Assembly (NCBI GenBank): GCA_951406725.2
Contig: OX597815.1
Span: 20,336,001-20,400,000, forward strand
Direction of reading: 5' to 3'
DNA length: 64,000 nt
Source of the DNA: Octopus vulgaris
Lineage: Eukaryota
Of the stretch, positions 40,671 through 53,345 are shown piece by piece. How positions within the stretch are numbered: the stretch's first letter is position 1; each line of letters begins with the position of its first letter. The notes under the pieces were generated by a model. The model was given only the letters and a program-made list of their open reading frames with translations, did not search any database and had not been told where the DNA came from. Position numbers and translations under genes: made by a program.

Positions 40671-41108
40671 GGATCTTTTCGGTTTGAACGGCAGTTTTTT
40701 AAAATAATTTCCATGTAACTAAACACTTTTAAACTTCGTATACTGGTAGAATGTGTTTATAAAACATGTTTTTCTCTTGGCTTTATTGAGAAAATTCTAT
40801 TGTTTGTAAGATATTTGTTGGTTTTTTTTTTTCTTCAATTTCTGCAATTTCAACCAATCAATGACGTCTATTGAGGTGAAAACGTTCTGTGCCGTATGAA
40901 TATGTCCCTCGTTTAAGAAACAGATTGGGTTTATTTACATTTCTGAATAAAAAAAGGATACCCTTCCCCCCACCCCTAACCCTAACCCTAACTAACCCTA
41001 ACCTTAAAACAGATTGAAATGCAATAGATCAATACTAGGGTCATAATTATGGGTGACAATTTCATATGACACTGCTAGAAAAAACTGCCGTTCAAACCGA
41101 AAAGATCC
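40671..41108. mobile_element. MITE with perfect 30-bp TIRs and 8-bp TSD (Merlin-like)
   Basis: TIR GGATCTTTTCGGTTTGAACGGCAGTTTTTT at both ends. TAAAAGAG is duplicated at 40663-40670 and 41109-41116. Confidence 0.9.
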
Positions 41109-43336
41109 TAAAAGAGCAATACATCACCATTTAAATTACTTCTGTGCTACTGTGTGTAGTGACTTCATACTTATATATATACAGGTAGCAGTAACAATAA
41201 GAATAATACCTTACTTGGCTATCTAGTTCATACTATAGAGGTAATAGTAACGGTATGATTATATAATAACTTTTCTATTCAGCTGTTTGGCTTGTAGACC
41301 AACGTTTCAAAATCACTACAATTATGTTTCTGAACAGAAACCTTTGTTATCATAGTCCACCTAGCAGTCAGAAATAGGTACCAGATCATATGAAAATGTT
41401 ACTTACAACAGACTAGTATCCTATACCAGAGGTAATTTATCTCTCATCTACTTAAGACGGCAAAATCAGAGCTAAGCCTTGGTTTTGAAAAGCCCCACCA
41501 GAGCTTACAAGGTATTTACATACTGACAGTGTAACCATACTTAGTTCAAAAAAGTATTGTTGGATTTAAAAGTAGGTTAATGAGGAATTAACAATTTAAG
41601 TACATCTATTGTAATGGTCCACATAAAAGTAATAAGTTTTGTTAGCTAAAGGAATTAATTATTTCTGGAGCTGGAATAAATTACAGAACAGAATAAATGG
41701 CAGCAGTTTTAGTAGCATTTTTTAAAATTTATTTAAAATGACAAAGTAAATTTTCAGTCTGGCTCCACCTACCCGAATAAAACAAACAAACATACAAACA
41801 GTGATGTTCTGTTTCTTTGGCAGTGAAAAATAGTCAATGAAAACTAAAGTCTGCCAAAATTCCTAGAGTATAATATATTATATCATTGGATAGACTAAAA
41901 TAGAGTTTTAATGCAACACAGTTTATAAAATGACTAACTTCACTAACTCATATTAATATGTTGTTTAAAGTCTTTGGTTGATGTGTGTGACAGATGACTC
42001 ATTAGTTTTGACAAATTGTACAGAAATTACTGTAATGTGGAAGGATGATTAAATCCTGTTGTATCATCATTTAGTGTCCACTTTCCATGCTGGCATGGGT
42101 TAGGTGGTATGACTGGAACTGGTAAGCCAGAGAGCTGCACCACATTCCATTGGCTGGATGCCCTTCCTAATGCCAACCACTCCAAGAGTGTAGTGGGTGC
42201 CTTTTCCATGTTACCTGTACAAGAGATAGATGTGCTTGGAGATATTCTTGTTTGATAAAATAGGCATTAAAAAGATGTAGAATTTTGAAGAAAAAAAGAC
42301 CTATCCTTCATCATCATCATCATTGACTAATGTCTGTTTTCCATGCTAGCATGGGTTGGACGGTTCGACCGGGATCTGGGAAGCCAGAAGGCTGCACCAA
42401 GCTCCAGTCTAATCTGGCAGTGTTTCTACAGCTGGATGCCCTTCCTAACGCCAACCACTCCAAGAGTGTAGTGGGAGCTTTTTATGTGCCAGGCGAGACT
42501 GGCATCGGCCATGTTCGGATGGTGCTTTTTACGTGCCACCGGCACAGGGATCACAACTAACAATTTCCATTGATTTTTGATGCTGATGTATTTGACTCAA
42601 TAGGTCTCCCCAAGCACAGGGTCGAAACAGTGTTTCTTTACTTGCCACCTGCACAGGAGTCAGTCCAGCGGCACTGGCAACTGCCGGGTGCCAGTCATAG
42701 GATTGGTTCAATTTCGATTCTGATTTCACTTGCCCCAACAGGTCTTCACAAGCATCCTTATTTGATAAATTAAAATTCTGCATTTTGCAGTGAGGGGATT
42801 CAATTTATGAAGTCGTCACTTCATTCACATGATACATGTATAGCCTTATTAGAACTGATTAACCCATTTCATATCAATCTTCTTGAAACAACTTCCCATT
42901 CTGTTTAATAAAACCTCTCAGCTGATAACAATTATATTAAAACATCCTGAAAATGTTAATTTATTAAATTCAACCAAATTTTTGATTATCTTCAAGATTA
43001 ATTGAAAACTTATATGCTTTAGAAATATGGTCACAAAAGAGCTAATCATGCAGAAGTAATAATAATATCTCGTTCATTTCTCCATTTTATATTACATCCT
43101 GATGATTCTACCCTGAAAATGAATATATCTTGGTCATCATCATTGTCATGACCAAAATATATTCATTTCAGAGGGGAATCATGATTATATATATATTTTT
43201 TTTTTTCCCGTTTTTCTTGTTTCAGCTCAGAGCTGCTGCCGTGTTGATATTTTATTAAAATGTGTTGATATTTTATTAAAATATTTTTACTTTTGTGAAA
43301 ATTAAGAAATTATTTTGCATTTGAAATTTATTTCAG

Positions 43337-43486
43337 AATATGCTGAGTTTGTTCATTGTAAAGGAAAAAAATTCACTGATTTTGACATGGTTCGCAAGGA
43401 AATCGAAGATGAAACCGATCGTGCTACCGGCAGCAACAAAGGAATTAGTAATATCCCAATTAATCTTAGAGTATTTTCCCCACATG
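43337..43486 (+). CDS. DNM: Dynamin exon 3 (150 nt): [50 protein letters not shown]
   Basis: TTTCAG acceptor, GTAAGT donor, open frame, typical dynamin GTPase sequence. Confidence 0.97.
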
Positions 43487-43795
43487 GTAAGTAGACATCA
43501 ATACAAATCAAATTTAATTTAAAGTCGTGACCTACATTGTACTTTGTGCTGAGGTCAGATGTTAATGGGATTAAAGTTTGACATATCTAACTCAAAATCT
43601 TCTGATCCTTTTCTTCTAAATTCATGTATCTCGGTACACTTCAGACCCCTCCAACTACCATATGTTGTTTGACTCTCTATCATCCCCACCATCAGAACAT
43701 CTCATCCTACCTCTCACATCCTTCAGAATCCGTCAGTGTGCATTGACTTCAGTGATAAAGAGGTCAACTTGTTTATTGTTGTGAAATGCCTGCAT

Positions 43796-44179
43796 AGGTG
43801 CAGGAGTGGCTGTGTGGTAAGTAGCTTGCTAACCAACCACATGGTTCCGGGTTCAGTCCCACTGCATGGCATCTTGGGCAAGTGTCTTCTACTATCGCCT
43901 CGGGCCGACCAATGCCTTGTGAATGGATTTGGTAGACGGAAACTGAAAGAAGCCTGTCGTGGCAGAAATGTTAGCGCGCCGGGCGAAATGCGTAGCTGTA
44001 TTTCGTCTGCCGCTACGTTCCGAGTTCAAATTCCGCCGAGGTCGGCTTTGCCTTTCATCCTTTCGGGGTTGATAAATTAAGTACCAGTTACGCACTGGGT
44101 CGATGTAATCGACTTAATCCCTTTGTCTGTCCTTGTTTGTCCCCTCTGTGTTTAGCCCCTTGTGGGTAGTAAAGAAATA

Positions 44180-44226
<47 letters not shown>

Positions 44227-44441
44227 ATGTTTGTGTGTCTGTGTTTGTCCCCCTAGCATTGCTTGACAACCGATGCTGGTGTGTTTACGTCCCCGTCACT
44301 TAGCGGTTCGGCAAAAGAGACCGATAGAATAAGTACTGGGCTTACAAAGTATAAGTCCCGGGGTCGATTTGCTCGACTAAAGGCGTTGCTCCAGCATGGC
44401 CACAGTCAAATGACTGAAACAAGTAAGAGAGTAAAAGAGTA
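43796..44441 (+). mobile_element. CORE-type SINE with a Meta-type SINE nested at 43961-44179
   Basis: The host sequence breaks at GCCTGTCGT and resumes at the (TA)n tract. Confidence 0.88.
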
Positions 44442-44769
44442 TAGCTTAGAATCATCGTCCACTCATTCTTGATCAGTGCACTAATTCTTTAAACGTTCTT
44501 GACTTTGCTCTTCTCTAAACCAAGCCTTTGTCCATAACACACATTATCTGACCACTCCTAATAAAATGTCAAGTACTTCATCTGTTCCTTTTGTATAACA
44601 CACTCCTGCTCACATTCTGTCTGGTACTGATTTCAGCTCACTCATTGTAGTTCTGTTGCTTTAGTAGCAGATATTCATCTCTGAGATTGCTAAGCAACTG
44701 ACCGAAGCCATATCCTTAGTTTTATATTTCGACACCCCCAGGTAGTTTATATGCAGTTGCATTGAAGTG

Positions 44770-44871
44770 GACATAGCCAATCTGAAAGAAGCGGCCCAGG
44801 ATAGAACTGACTGGAGGACACTGATCCAACGAGTGACCGAGAGTCGACTTCGACTGAGCGGATAGATAGAT
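44770..44871 (+). mobile_element. BovB-like RTE extreme 3' end
   Basis: DIANLKEAAQDRTDWRTLIQRVTESRLRLSG* followed by a (GATA)n tail. Confidence 0.7.
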
Positions 44872-45021
44872 ATTGCAGTAGTGCAAATAAAGAAGGCATG
44901 CAATACCAGTGACTAGATAATTACTCACCACTTCATGATGACTATTAAGAAAGTAAAGGGAACCAAATTGTTTTGCCTTCCAAACTGCAGCCAAACATCC
45001 AGGTTCCCTTGTCTCCTAAGC

Positions 45022-45190
45022 CAGTGCTCTGCAACCTTTTTTCACTTGGTGTACACTTACATTCTTTTCATAATTCAGTAGCACACCTGAACTAAAAATG
45101 TAACTAAAAGTAGTGGGGAAAAAGTTATATTCAGGTTACACTGCAGCACACCTGGAATTGTTCTCATGGCACACTGGTTGCGGAGCACAG
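45022..45190. mobile_element. hAT (Charlie-like) MITE
   Basis: CAGTGCTCTGCAACC / GGTTGCGGAGCACAG TIRs. Degenerate 8-bp TSD TCCTAAGC / TTCTAAAC. Confidence 0.7.
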
Positions 45191-45728
45191 TTCTAAACTG
45201 CAACCAGACTTTCTGATCCGTTACTAATAATGTCTCATTAGAAGGATTTTCCAGAATCCTTGTACCTACTACTACTCAACATAGATAAATCTGTAATAGT
45301 TCTGCTGGTAAAGCTACTTGCATTGCTTTCAACTACACTCACACATAACAAAAGCTTTTCTACTCTATGTAACTCACCAATTGTACAATCACTCTAGTTA
45401 AACGAGGCAACTGGTTCTTTGACCATCTCTATTCAGTTACTTTCAAATGATGTACTCCATAATAAGCTTCTGGTTTTGGCAAATTCTGCTATCTTGCTCC
45501 TTACAGGGATCTGTCTCAACTCATAGCATAACATTACACGGAGGACAACTTCTCTGACTGTGCCAATCACGACCTATTGCCTTTATTTCTAACATCTGTA
45601 AAATGATTAAGACTGTGCCTTTATTACATTAGCTCTCTTCCTTTTCTTTGAGTACCTAGTGCAGTTTCTGTAGCGCACGATAACCCTCAAACATGGTTGT
45701 TGCCCTTTGCATCAGAATATCCATTGAC

Positions 45729-46038
45729 AGGTGGAGGCACATGGCCTAGTGGTTAGAGCAGCGGACTCGCAGTCGAGGGATCGCGGGTTCGAATCTCAGA
45801 CCGGGCGATGTGTGTGTTTATGAGCGAAATACCTAAGCTCCATGCAGTTCCGGCAGAAGGTAATGGCGAAACTTCTGCTGACTCTTTCGCCACAATTTTC
45901 TCTGTCTTCCCTCCTGCATCTTGCAGCTCACCTGCAACGGACTGGCATCCTGTCCAGGTGGGGAACCTATATGCCAAGAAACCGGGATACCAGCCCTTAT
46001 GAGCCAGGCATGGCTCGAGAAGGAACAACCAACCAACC
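45729..46038 (+). mobile_element. tRNA-derived SINE with a V-domain-like segment
   Basis: A box TGGCCTAGTGG, B box GGTTCGAATCT, GGACTGGCATCCTGTCCAGG, (AACC)n tail, 13-bp TSD AATATCCATTGAC. Confidence 0.88.
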
Positions 46039-46419
46039 AATATCCATTGACTGATGTCTAGCATGAGAATGTCCAGGTTAAATTGCTCACCTACAGGCCT
46101 TATCAGTCTCTCATCTATCAACTTTGGTGTACTATGTCTCCTATATTCTGCCTTCTGCTTGTTCACAACCTACATAACACATTCCTATGATGTTGATATC
46201 AGCTGTCTTTTCTCCTTAAGCTTCCATAACATATAACTAAGACATCTCATGCTCGACTTGCACTGTTTCCATGTATAGAGACTTTAAAAGCATTCTTCAT
46301 TGGAATCATGGCTGCTTGGTCTTCTTTCAGTAGCACTAATACATAATTGCTACACATATCAACAGAACAGTTTAGTATGTGTCTTCCGTATGCATTAAAA
46401 TACATAAACACAATTAATA

Positions 46420-47090
46420 TAGTTGAAAACCCTTTATCTGAAATTCCAAAATCTGAAAACCTCTAAAATCTGAAAGTTTTTTTTGACTGCTGACATGACC
46501 AAGTACAACTGTTGTGTGCCGTTATGACATGTACCCTCTTTCTCAAATTCCTTGAACCTGATATAGTTGAAATGTGTGGGGCTGCATTTAGCTTCAAATT
46601 TGTAAGCATTGATCATCATATTTTGTTTTTCTGTACAGTAGGCACAAAACATTTTTTTACATGAGATCTGAATTTCACCTCAATGTACAGATATGACGAG
46701 TATCATTATTTGTATATTATTTAAAAAAAAAAATAATTGCTGATTTATTTCAGTTTTCATTTTATTAACCTGTAATCATGTTCAGTGCTTTTTTTGTATG
46801 TAATACATGTATAGTAAAAAATAAAATACTACCAGTTTAGGTGTATTGTAACCTTTTAATCAAATCATGACTATGTAGGTAGAGTCTGATATCTTACCTT
46901 TCTGAGTGTATTATGTATAAAAAAAATGATTTAAAATTTATATAAACTACATGTAGGGTATGTGTATATGCTATATTATGACATGTAAATGGGTTTGGAT
47001 TTGGGTCCCATCCGCAAGCTGTGCCATTTTATAGATGCAAAAATAAAAATATTCTAAAATCTAGGAATTTTGGATAAGGGATTTCGATTA
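46420..47090. mobile_element. Decayed pogo/Tigger-like non-autonomous element
   Basis: Degenerate TIRs (AGTTGAAAACCCTTTATCTGAAATTCC / GGAATTTTGGATAAGGGGATTTCGAT) and AAAATCTGAA sub-repeats. Confidence 0.65.
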
Positions 47091-47441
47091 TACTTACAAA
47101 ATAGTTATAAATGCTAGACATCATAATATGAAGCATTTTTATTGTAACACCATGTATGACCAAATTTAGATCCAGACTTAGATCTTGGATCCAGAAGGTA
47201 TTTCTGCCTTGACCATTTGCTGATCATCTCTGAAACTCAAATGTGGTCACTTACATTGGAATACTAGGTTATGTAATAGATTAATCCTAAATTTCAAATA
47301 ATGAAGTATATAGTAAAATTAATGTTTACATAATATGAAATTTATATAAGAAACTCTTGATAACTTGTCGTGTTCATTTTTGTTGTTCTTTTAACCATTG
47401 TTCTTAAACATTTTAATTATCTGTAATTTTAAGATCCTTAA

Positions 47442-47648
47442 TCCTTTTGTTACCAACCAGGCTGAAACCGGCTCTGGCTCTGAGTACAAATGTCTTGTTT
47501 TCATAAGTTTTGAATTAAAATCTTCCACCAAACCTTAGTCACAATTTATGCTGAATGATAACCAAGTTATTTTACTAAATTCTTCATTATATTTAAAGTA
47601 ATTGAAAGCAACACAGAGCATCTCAAAATAAATACAGTAACAAAAGGG
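47442..47648. mobile_element. piggyBac-type MITE
   Basis: TTAA on both sides. TIRs TCCTTTTGTTAC / GTAACAAAAGGG. Confidence 0.8.
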
Positions 47649-47858
47649 TTAATGTAACTGAATTGATAGTGGTATTAGTTCATATTAGTTCTAATGTCTT
47701 CAAATATTTAAGTTTATCCAGTTGTACTATATATTTTTTTTTTTACCTATTTCTGCATCCTGTGTATTTCTTATCCGTTGCTCCTGTTCATTTCTTCTAC
47801 TTTCTGCCCATCTTTTAATTCTATTCATATATTCGGTTTATGATTTTTATAATTTCAG

Positions 47859-48062
47859 TTCTCAATCTGACTTTGATTGATTTACCTGGTATGACTAAAG
47901 TGGCTGTTGGGGACCAACCAGCTGATATTGAACAACAAATTAGAAGTATGCTCTTAGAATTTATACAAAAAGACAATTGTCTCATTCTTGCGGTATCACC
48001 AGCCAACTCAGATCTTGCAAATTCTGATGCTCTCAAAATTGCTAAAGAAGTAGATCTACAAG
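47859..48062 (+). CDS. DNM: Dynamin exon 4 (204 nt): [25 protein letters not shown]...[13 protein letters not shown]3 motif DLPG
   Basis: TTTCAG / GTAAGT. Matches ORF track 47840-48157. Confidence 0.98.
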
Positions 48063-49057
48063 GTAAGTTTTACCCTATCAATGTTGATGCAAGTTTAAGA
48101 ATTGGCAGGTTTTGGATGGTAAATAAAGCCTGTCATTTCTCTTTTGCAACTTTGTAAAAGGGTTTTGGCTTCCTGTAGTTACTAAGTTATGGTTTCTCAG
48201 TGGTTTAAAAAAAAATGAATGAAAAACATCACCTTTTATTCTTTAGCACTCCTCAGTCATGTATTCATCATTAACATTATCATTATTTTTAATTCTGCTT
48301 TTCTATGCTGGCATGAATTGGCCGGGACTATTTTGTAACAGTATTTTATAGCCAGATACCCTTCATGTGGTAACCTTTTTTTTTTTTTTATTATTCAAGA
48401 CTGTAAATACACTGAATGTTCCTTCAGAATGTTAAGATTATTTCTGATGAAGATCACTATAGCTAATATAGTAAATAATCTTTAGAGAGATAGAATTAGT
48501 TTAGAGTCACTTTCATTGACCCTGAACAACGGCCACGGGGTTTATGACAATGTCTCCTCCTCTCTTCATGCAGTTTCCTGTGTTCAGTTTCAAAGTGCTC
48601 TACTCCAGTATTACACATGGACCTCCATGCCTTCCAATTTTTAGCCAATGGATTGGGAGGAACACCACATAAAATGAGAGACTGCTTAAGATTATCATGA
48701 AAATGAAGTTTTGTATGTCCATGAGGACTACTTCTAATCTTGATCTTGCTGAAGGGGACCATCTTTAGGAGCTAGTTACCTGGCATTTGAATCACGTGGC
48801 CAACCCAATGGAGATACTCCATCAGAACAATTTGGCCTCTGCATCTTTTAGGAAACTCAATGAACAAGTTTTTCAGAACAAGAACCTTAGAGCAAGTAGA
48901 GAAATCTGTTTATTGAGCTGTTTGTGTATCCACCAGATTGGCACCAGATCAAACAACTGAAATTATCTCATATCTGATTGCCCCAAAGTATCCTCCAGTC
49001 TCATGTGTAAGGACAGGGTTCCTAATACTGAAATCCTCCTGATGGCTGGGATGTACA

Positions 49058-49288
49058 CATTTCTTTATTACCCACAAGGGGCTAAACACAGAGGTGAAAA
49101 ACAAGGACAGACATAGGTATTAAGTCGATTACATCGATCCAGTGCGTAACTGGTACTTAATTTATCAACCCCGAAAGGATGAAAGGCAAAGTCGACCTCG
49201 GCGGAATTTGAACTCACAACGTAATGGCAGATGAAATACCCGCTTAGCATTTTGCCCGGCGTGCTAACGTTTCTGCCAGCTTGCCGCC
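49058..49288 (-). mobile_element. Meta-domain-like tRNA SINE
   Basis: Minus-strand GCCTTTCATCCTTTCGGGGTTGATAAATTAAGTACC. TSD TGGGATGTACA. Confidence 0.88.
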
Positions 49289-49521
49289 TGGGATGTACAG
49301 CATTGGGAATCCCTATGTGATACATGTTTCGGCATCATAAATGAGTAGCTACTAATAGGACAGTCAGTCAGTAGTAAAAATAATTGTTTCAACCTTATTT
49401 AAATATTCAAAATCTGCAGCTGTGAGATGAAAGTGTTGTACTTCTGGCTATTACAGCCATTGTGCTGTAGCTCCTGAGCAAAATATATAATTCATACCTC
49501 TGCTTGCTTTAATTTGCTTTA

Positions 49522-49910
49522 TCTATATATATAAACGGCAAAATGTCTGTCTGTGTGTCTGTGTGTGTGTGTGTGTGTGCTTGTCCTTTATACAAATCCA
49601 CAATTTTTCAGTTAAAGTGCTTGCACTTTCTATGGTCATTCAAAACCATCCAAAGGTGGTCATGCACATCTTTACATTTCCCCAGTTACCCCGCAAAGCC
49701 ATTAAAAAAATCAATAGAAGTGACTTTTTTGTGAATTGTCTATCTAAAACCCAATCAAAATGCCCGAAACTTGATACGCCAATTGAATGCCAGCTAGCTG
49801 TATGTGATTGGTCGGAGATTTGGACAGTACTCGCGTGTATGTACGCATGCACGCAGCTGTATATGCATGCACTAGCACGATGACTCGGCGTTGCTGGGTC
49901 ATAGTGCTAG
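49522..49910 (+). mobile_element. Non-autonomous Helitron, complete
   Basis: A|TCTATATATATAAA...CTAG|T with no TSD and a 3' hairpin. A second copy starts at 53000. Confidence 0.88.
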
Positions 49911-50222
49911 TTGATCATAAAATAGGTTCCATTCCTACTTGAGAAGGGTATCTAATTGTAAAAACAATTGCTTCAATTGATAAACTATCACATTGCAAAA
50001 TGTACATGCATATGTGTGTGTGTGTGTGTGTAGGTAGAATTTCATTGTTTCAACAGTCATTTTACCTTGGTAAAAAAAAGTATTGGTTACTGTTCTGGAG
50101 TTATTATATAATCAAAAGTGGAATGTAAAGAAACACAGTGAAAAATAACGACACCAACAATAATAAGTGTTTGAGCTTTTTCTCAGTTTAACCGTTTGTT
50201 ATTAATTTCTTTTTCTTTTCAG

Positions 50223-50321
50223 GGGTCCGAACTATTGGAGTGATTACCAAATTAGATTTGATGGATGAAGGCACTGATGCTCGTGACATACTTGAAAACC
50301 GTACATTACCACTTCGTCGAG
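50223..50321 (+). CDS. DNM: Dynamin exon 5 (99 nt): [34 protein letters not shown]4 motif TKLD
   Basis: TTTTCAG / GTTTGT, frame continuous. Confidence 0.97.
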
Positions 50322-51294
50322 GTTTGTTCCTTTAAATGAGTTTTCTCTCTCCATAATTTAGATTTATTATGATTGAACTGGTATGGAGTTTTTCTTTCAT
50401 ATGATAATGTAAAATGTAAATTGGCACAGGCATGGTTATGCAGTTAAGAAGTTCACCTCATAACTGTGTAAATTTTGTGGTTCAATCCCTCTATGAGGCA
50501 ACTTGAGCAAGTGTCTTCTACTAAAGTCTTGGCTTCACCAGTACTTTCTAAGTGGAAGTTGTGAGATTGAAGCTCTGAAAATACCTGTTGTATATTTGTG
50601 TGTGTGTATGCCCGCATATAATGCTTGCTTGTGCATATGCATATCTTTTGCTGAGTATACCAACCAAAAGCTCAGTGCTTTATGACTAAAATCCCTTGAG
50701 TTACAAGCACTGCCTTGTCAGTCTTGCTACTAGAAATACAGAGTGTCCTGTTTTAAGCATATGACCAACACTTGTTGTTCACTAGTTACAATATAAAATT
50801 AAAAAATAGACTATTTCACCTCAGTAAGTGTAAAGGATTTCTATTTTATATACAACATGTGGAGCGCTAAGAGCACCATCCAAGCCTGATTGTTGCCAGG
50901 GCCGCTGACTGGCTCCCGTACCAGTGGCATGTAAAAAGCACCATTCGAGCGTGATTGTTACCAGCATTGTCTTACTGGCACTTGTGCTGGTGGCATGTGA
51001 AAAGCAACATTCGAGCGAGGTCGTTGCCAGTGCTACTGGACTAGCTCCTGTGCAGGTGACATGTAAAAAACACCACTTGTGCGTGGCCGTTGCCAGTACT
51101 GCCTGACTGGCCCTCGTGCCGGTGGCATGTAAAAGCACCCACTACACTCTCGGAGTGGTTGGTGTTAGGAAGGGCATCCAACTGTAGAAAATCTGCCAGA
51201 TCAGATTGGAGCCTGGTGCAGCCATCTGGCTCGCCAGTCCTCAGTCAAACCACTGATGATGATGATGATGATGTGTCTGTACTAAAGTTGATAA

Positions 51295-51429
<135 letters not shown>

Positions 51430-51462
51430 TAGATATCTAATTACTATCTCATACTTCTATTA

Positions 51463-51603
51463 TAAGGTTGTCCCAAAAGTTTGTAGAAAGTCTTGGAAAA
51501 TAATGGTCTTTATTTTGAGGAATAATTTTTGTTGTTTTTGTTAGTACTTGGCGAGTAAAAATTCAATTTTCGCAAGTGTTTACGAACTTTTGGGACAACC
51601 TAA
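51463..51603. mobile_element. 141-bp mariner-type MITE in intron 6
   Basis: TA|TAAGGTTGTCCCAAAAGTT ... AACTTTTGGGACAACCTAA|TA. Confidence 0.85.
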
Positions 51604-51780
51604 TAAATTTTTGTTTTAAAACTTATTCTCTATTTTCTCATATTATTTATTGTATAGTTTAATCATTTGGATAATCATTGTCCTCTTATTTACTGTTATT
51701 ATTTCTAAACTGCGATACTGACATTGATATATTCTTAGTATATTACTGTAATTTTAATGTTTTTATCTCTCTTTTAAAAG

Positions 51781-51975
51781 GCATATGGCTGATAGAATGG
51801 GAACTCCTTATCTTCAGCGTGTCCTTAACCAACAATTGACTAATCATATAAGAGACACTTTACCTGCTCTTCGCAACAAGCTACAGTCTCAGTTACTTTC
51901 GATGGAGAAAGAAGTTGAAGAATATAGAAATTTCCGCCCAGATGATCCTGGGCGGAAAACCAAGGCTATGCTCAC
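51781..51975 (+). CDS. DNM: Dynamin exon 7 (195 nt): [65 protein letters not shown]
   Basis: AAG acceptor, GTTAGT donor. Matches ORF 51785-52075. End of G domain and bundle signalling element. Confidence 0.96.
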
Positions 51976-52075
51976 GTTAGTATATAGATTTCTTGCCATT
52001 AGAGAATTAAAGAAAAAATTATTTCTACTTTCTTATTCAGTACAACGTTTTATCTTTATATGTTTTATATTATAG

Positions 52076-52211
52076 AATGGTACAGCAATTTTCAGTGGAT
52101 TTTGATAAAAATATAGAAGGAACTGGCTCCGAAATTAATGTCATAGAGTTATCAGGAGGAGCCAAAATTAACCGAATTTTCCACGAGCGGTTTCCATTTG
52201 AACTTGTGAAG
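52076..52211 (+). CDS. DNM: Dynamin exon 8 (136 nt): [45 protein letters not shown]
   Basis: TATAG / GTAAAT. Conserved ELSGGA(K/R)INRIFHERF stalk motif. Confidence 0.97.
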
Positions 52212-52504
52212 GTAAATTATTTCCTATTTAATTTAATTTTAGTTTATTGACCAGGATCAAATTGAAATGCAAATTATCTATACATTGTTTATTTCTTTAT
52301 TTTTTTTTTTACTCCTTTCATTCATTGTTTTTAGCAAAAAATTCTATTCCAAATTATATCAACTTAATTGAATTAGAAATGAAATCAGTATATATATATC
52401 TATCTATCTATATATATAAAAATAAATTTTCAGGGGGTTAGAAGCTATAGATTTCAAATTTTTTACTTATACTAAAAAAAATTTGTATTAATTTTAATAC
52501 TGAA

Positions 52505-52550
<46 letters not shown>

Positions 52551-52999
52551 CACAATTATAACATATTTTTCAATCAGTTACCAAATTTTTGCTGCACTTA
52601 TTTGACAAGTAATTTGATCTGAGATTGTGTATAGAAGCAAAAGCAATCACAAAATGCTAGTATTATTCACTATTTAAAACGCATGTTTTTATATTCTTCT
52701 CTGTATTATTGTTTTTCAATAGTATGTTATCATATATCAGTCTTTCATCACAAATCTGCAACCTGTTCACTGATACTCTTTTCTTCTGAATATCTTCAGA
52801 GTCAGACATGGCTTGTCGTTAAGATGTTCTCTTCCCAAGTACATGGTTTTATTTTTCAGTCCAGTTGCGTTGCACTTTGAACAAGTGTCTTCCCCTACAA
52901 TCATAGGCTGACCAAAGCCGTATGAGTGGATTTTATAGATGGAAACTGAAAGATCCCATTCTATGTTTGTATGGGTGTGTGTATCTCCTTGTCTTGACA

Positions 53000-53345
53000 T
53001 CTCTATATATATAAACGGCAAAATGTCTGTCTGTGTGTGTGTGTGTCCTTTATACAAATCTACAATTTTTCAGTTAGAGGGCTCGCACTTTCTATGGTCA
53101 TTCAAAACCGTCCAAGGGTGGTCATGCACATATTTACATTTCCCCAGTCACCCCGCAAAGCCATTAAAAAATCAATAGAAGTGACTTTTTTGTGAATTTT
53201 CTATCCAAAACCCAATCAAAATGCCCGAAACTTGATATGCCAATTGAATGCCAGCTAGCTGTATGTGATTGGTCAGAGATTTGGACAGTACTCGCGTGTA
53301 TGTGTGCATGCAATCAGCTGTATATGCATGCACTAGCACTATGAC
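53000..53345 (+). mobile_element. Non-autonomous Helitron, truncated within its 3' hairpin
   Basis: Near-identical to 49522-49910 up to CACTAGCACTATGAC, then fused to a LINE tail. Confidence 0.85.

Noticed and set aside
40974-41007. Chromosome-fusion or telomere-healing scar
   Set aside because: Only about five hexamers, fully inside a TIR/TSD-bounded MITE.
45733-45805. tRNA gene (also 63396-63470 and 23410-23484)
   Set aside because: These tRNA-like heads run into SINE bodies (TSD-flanked at 45729 and 63396) and lack a proper acceptor stem and terminator.
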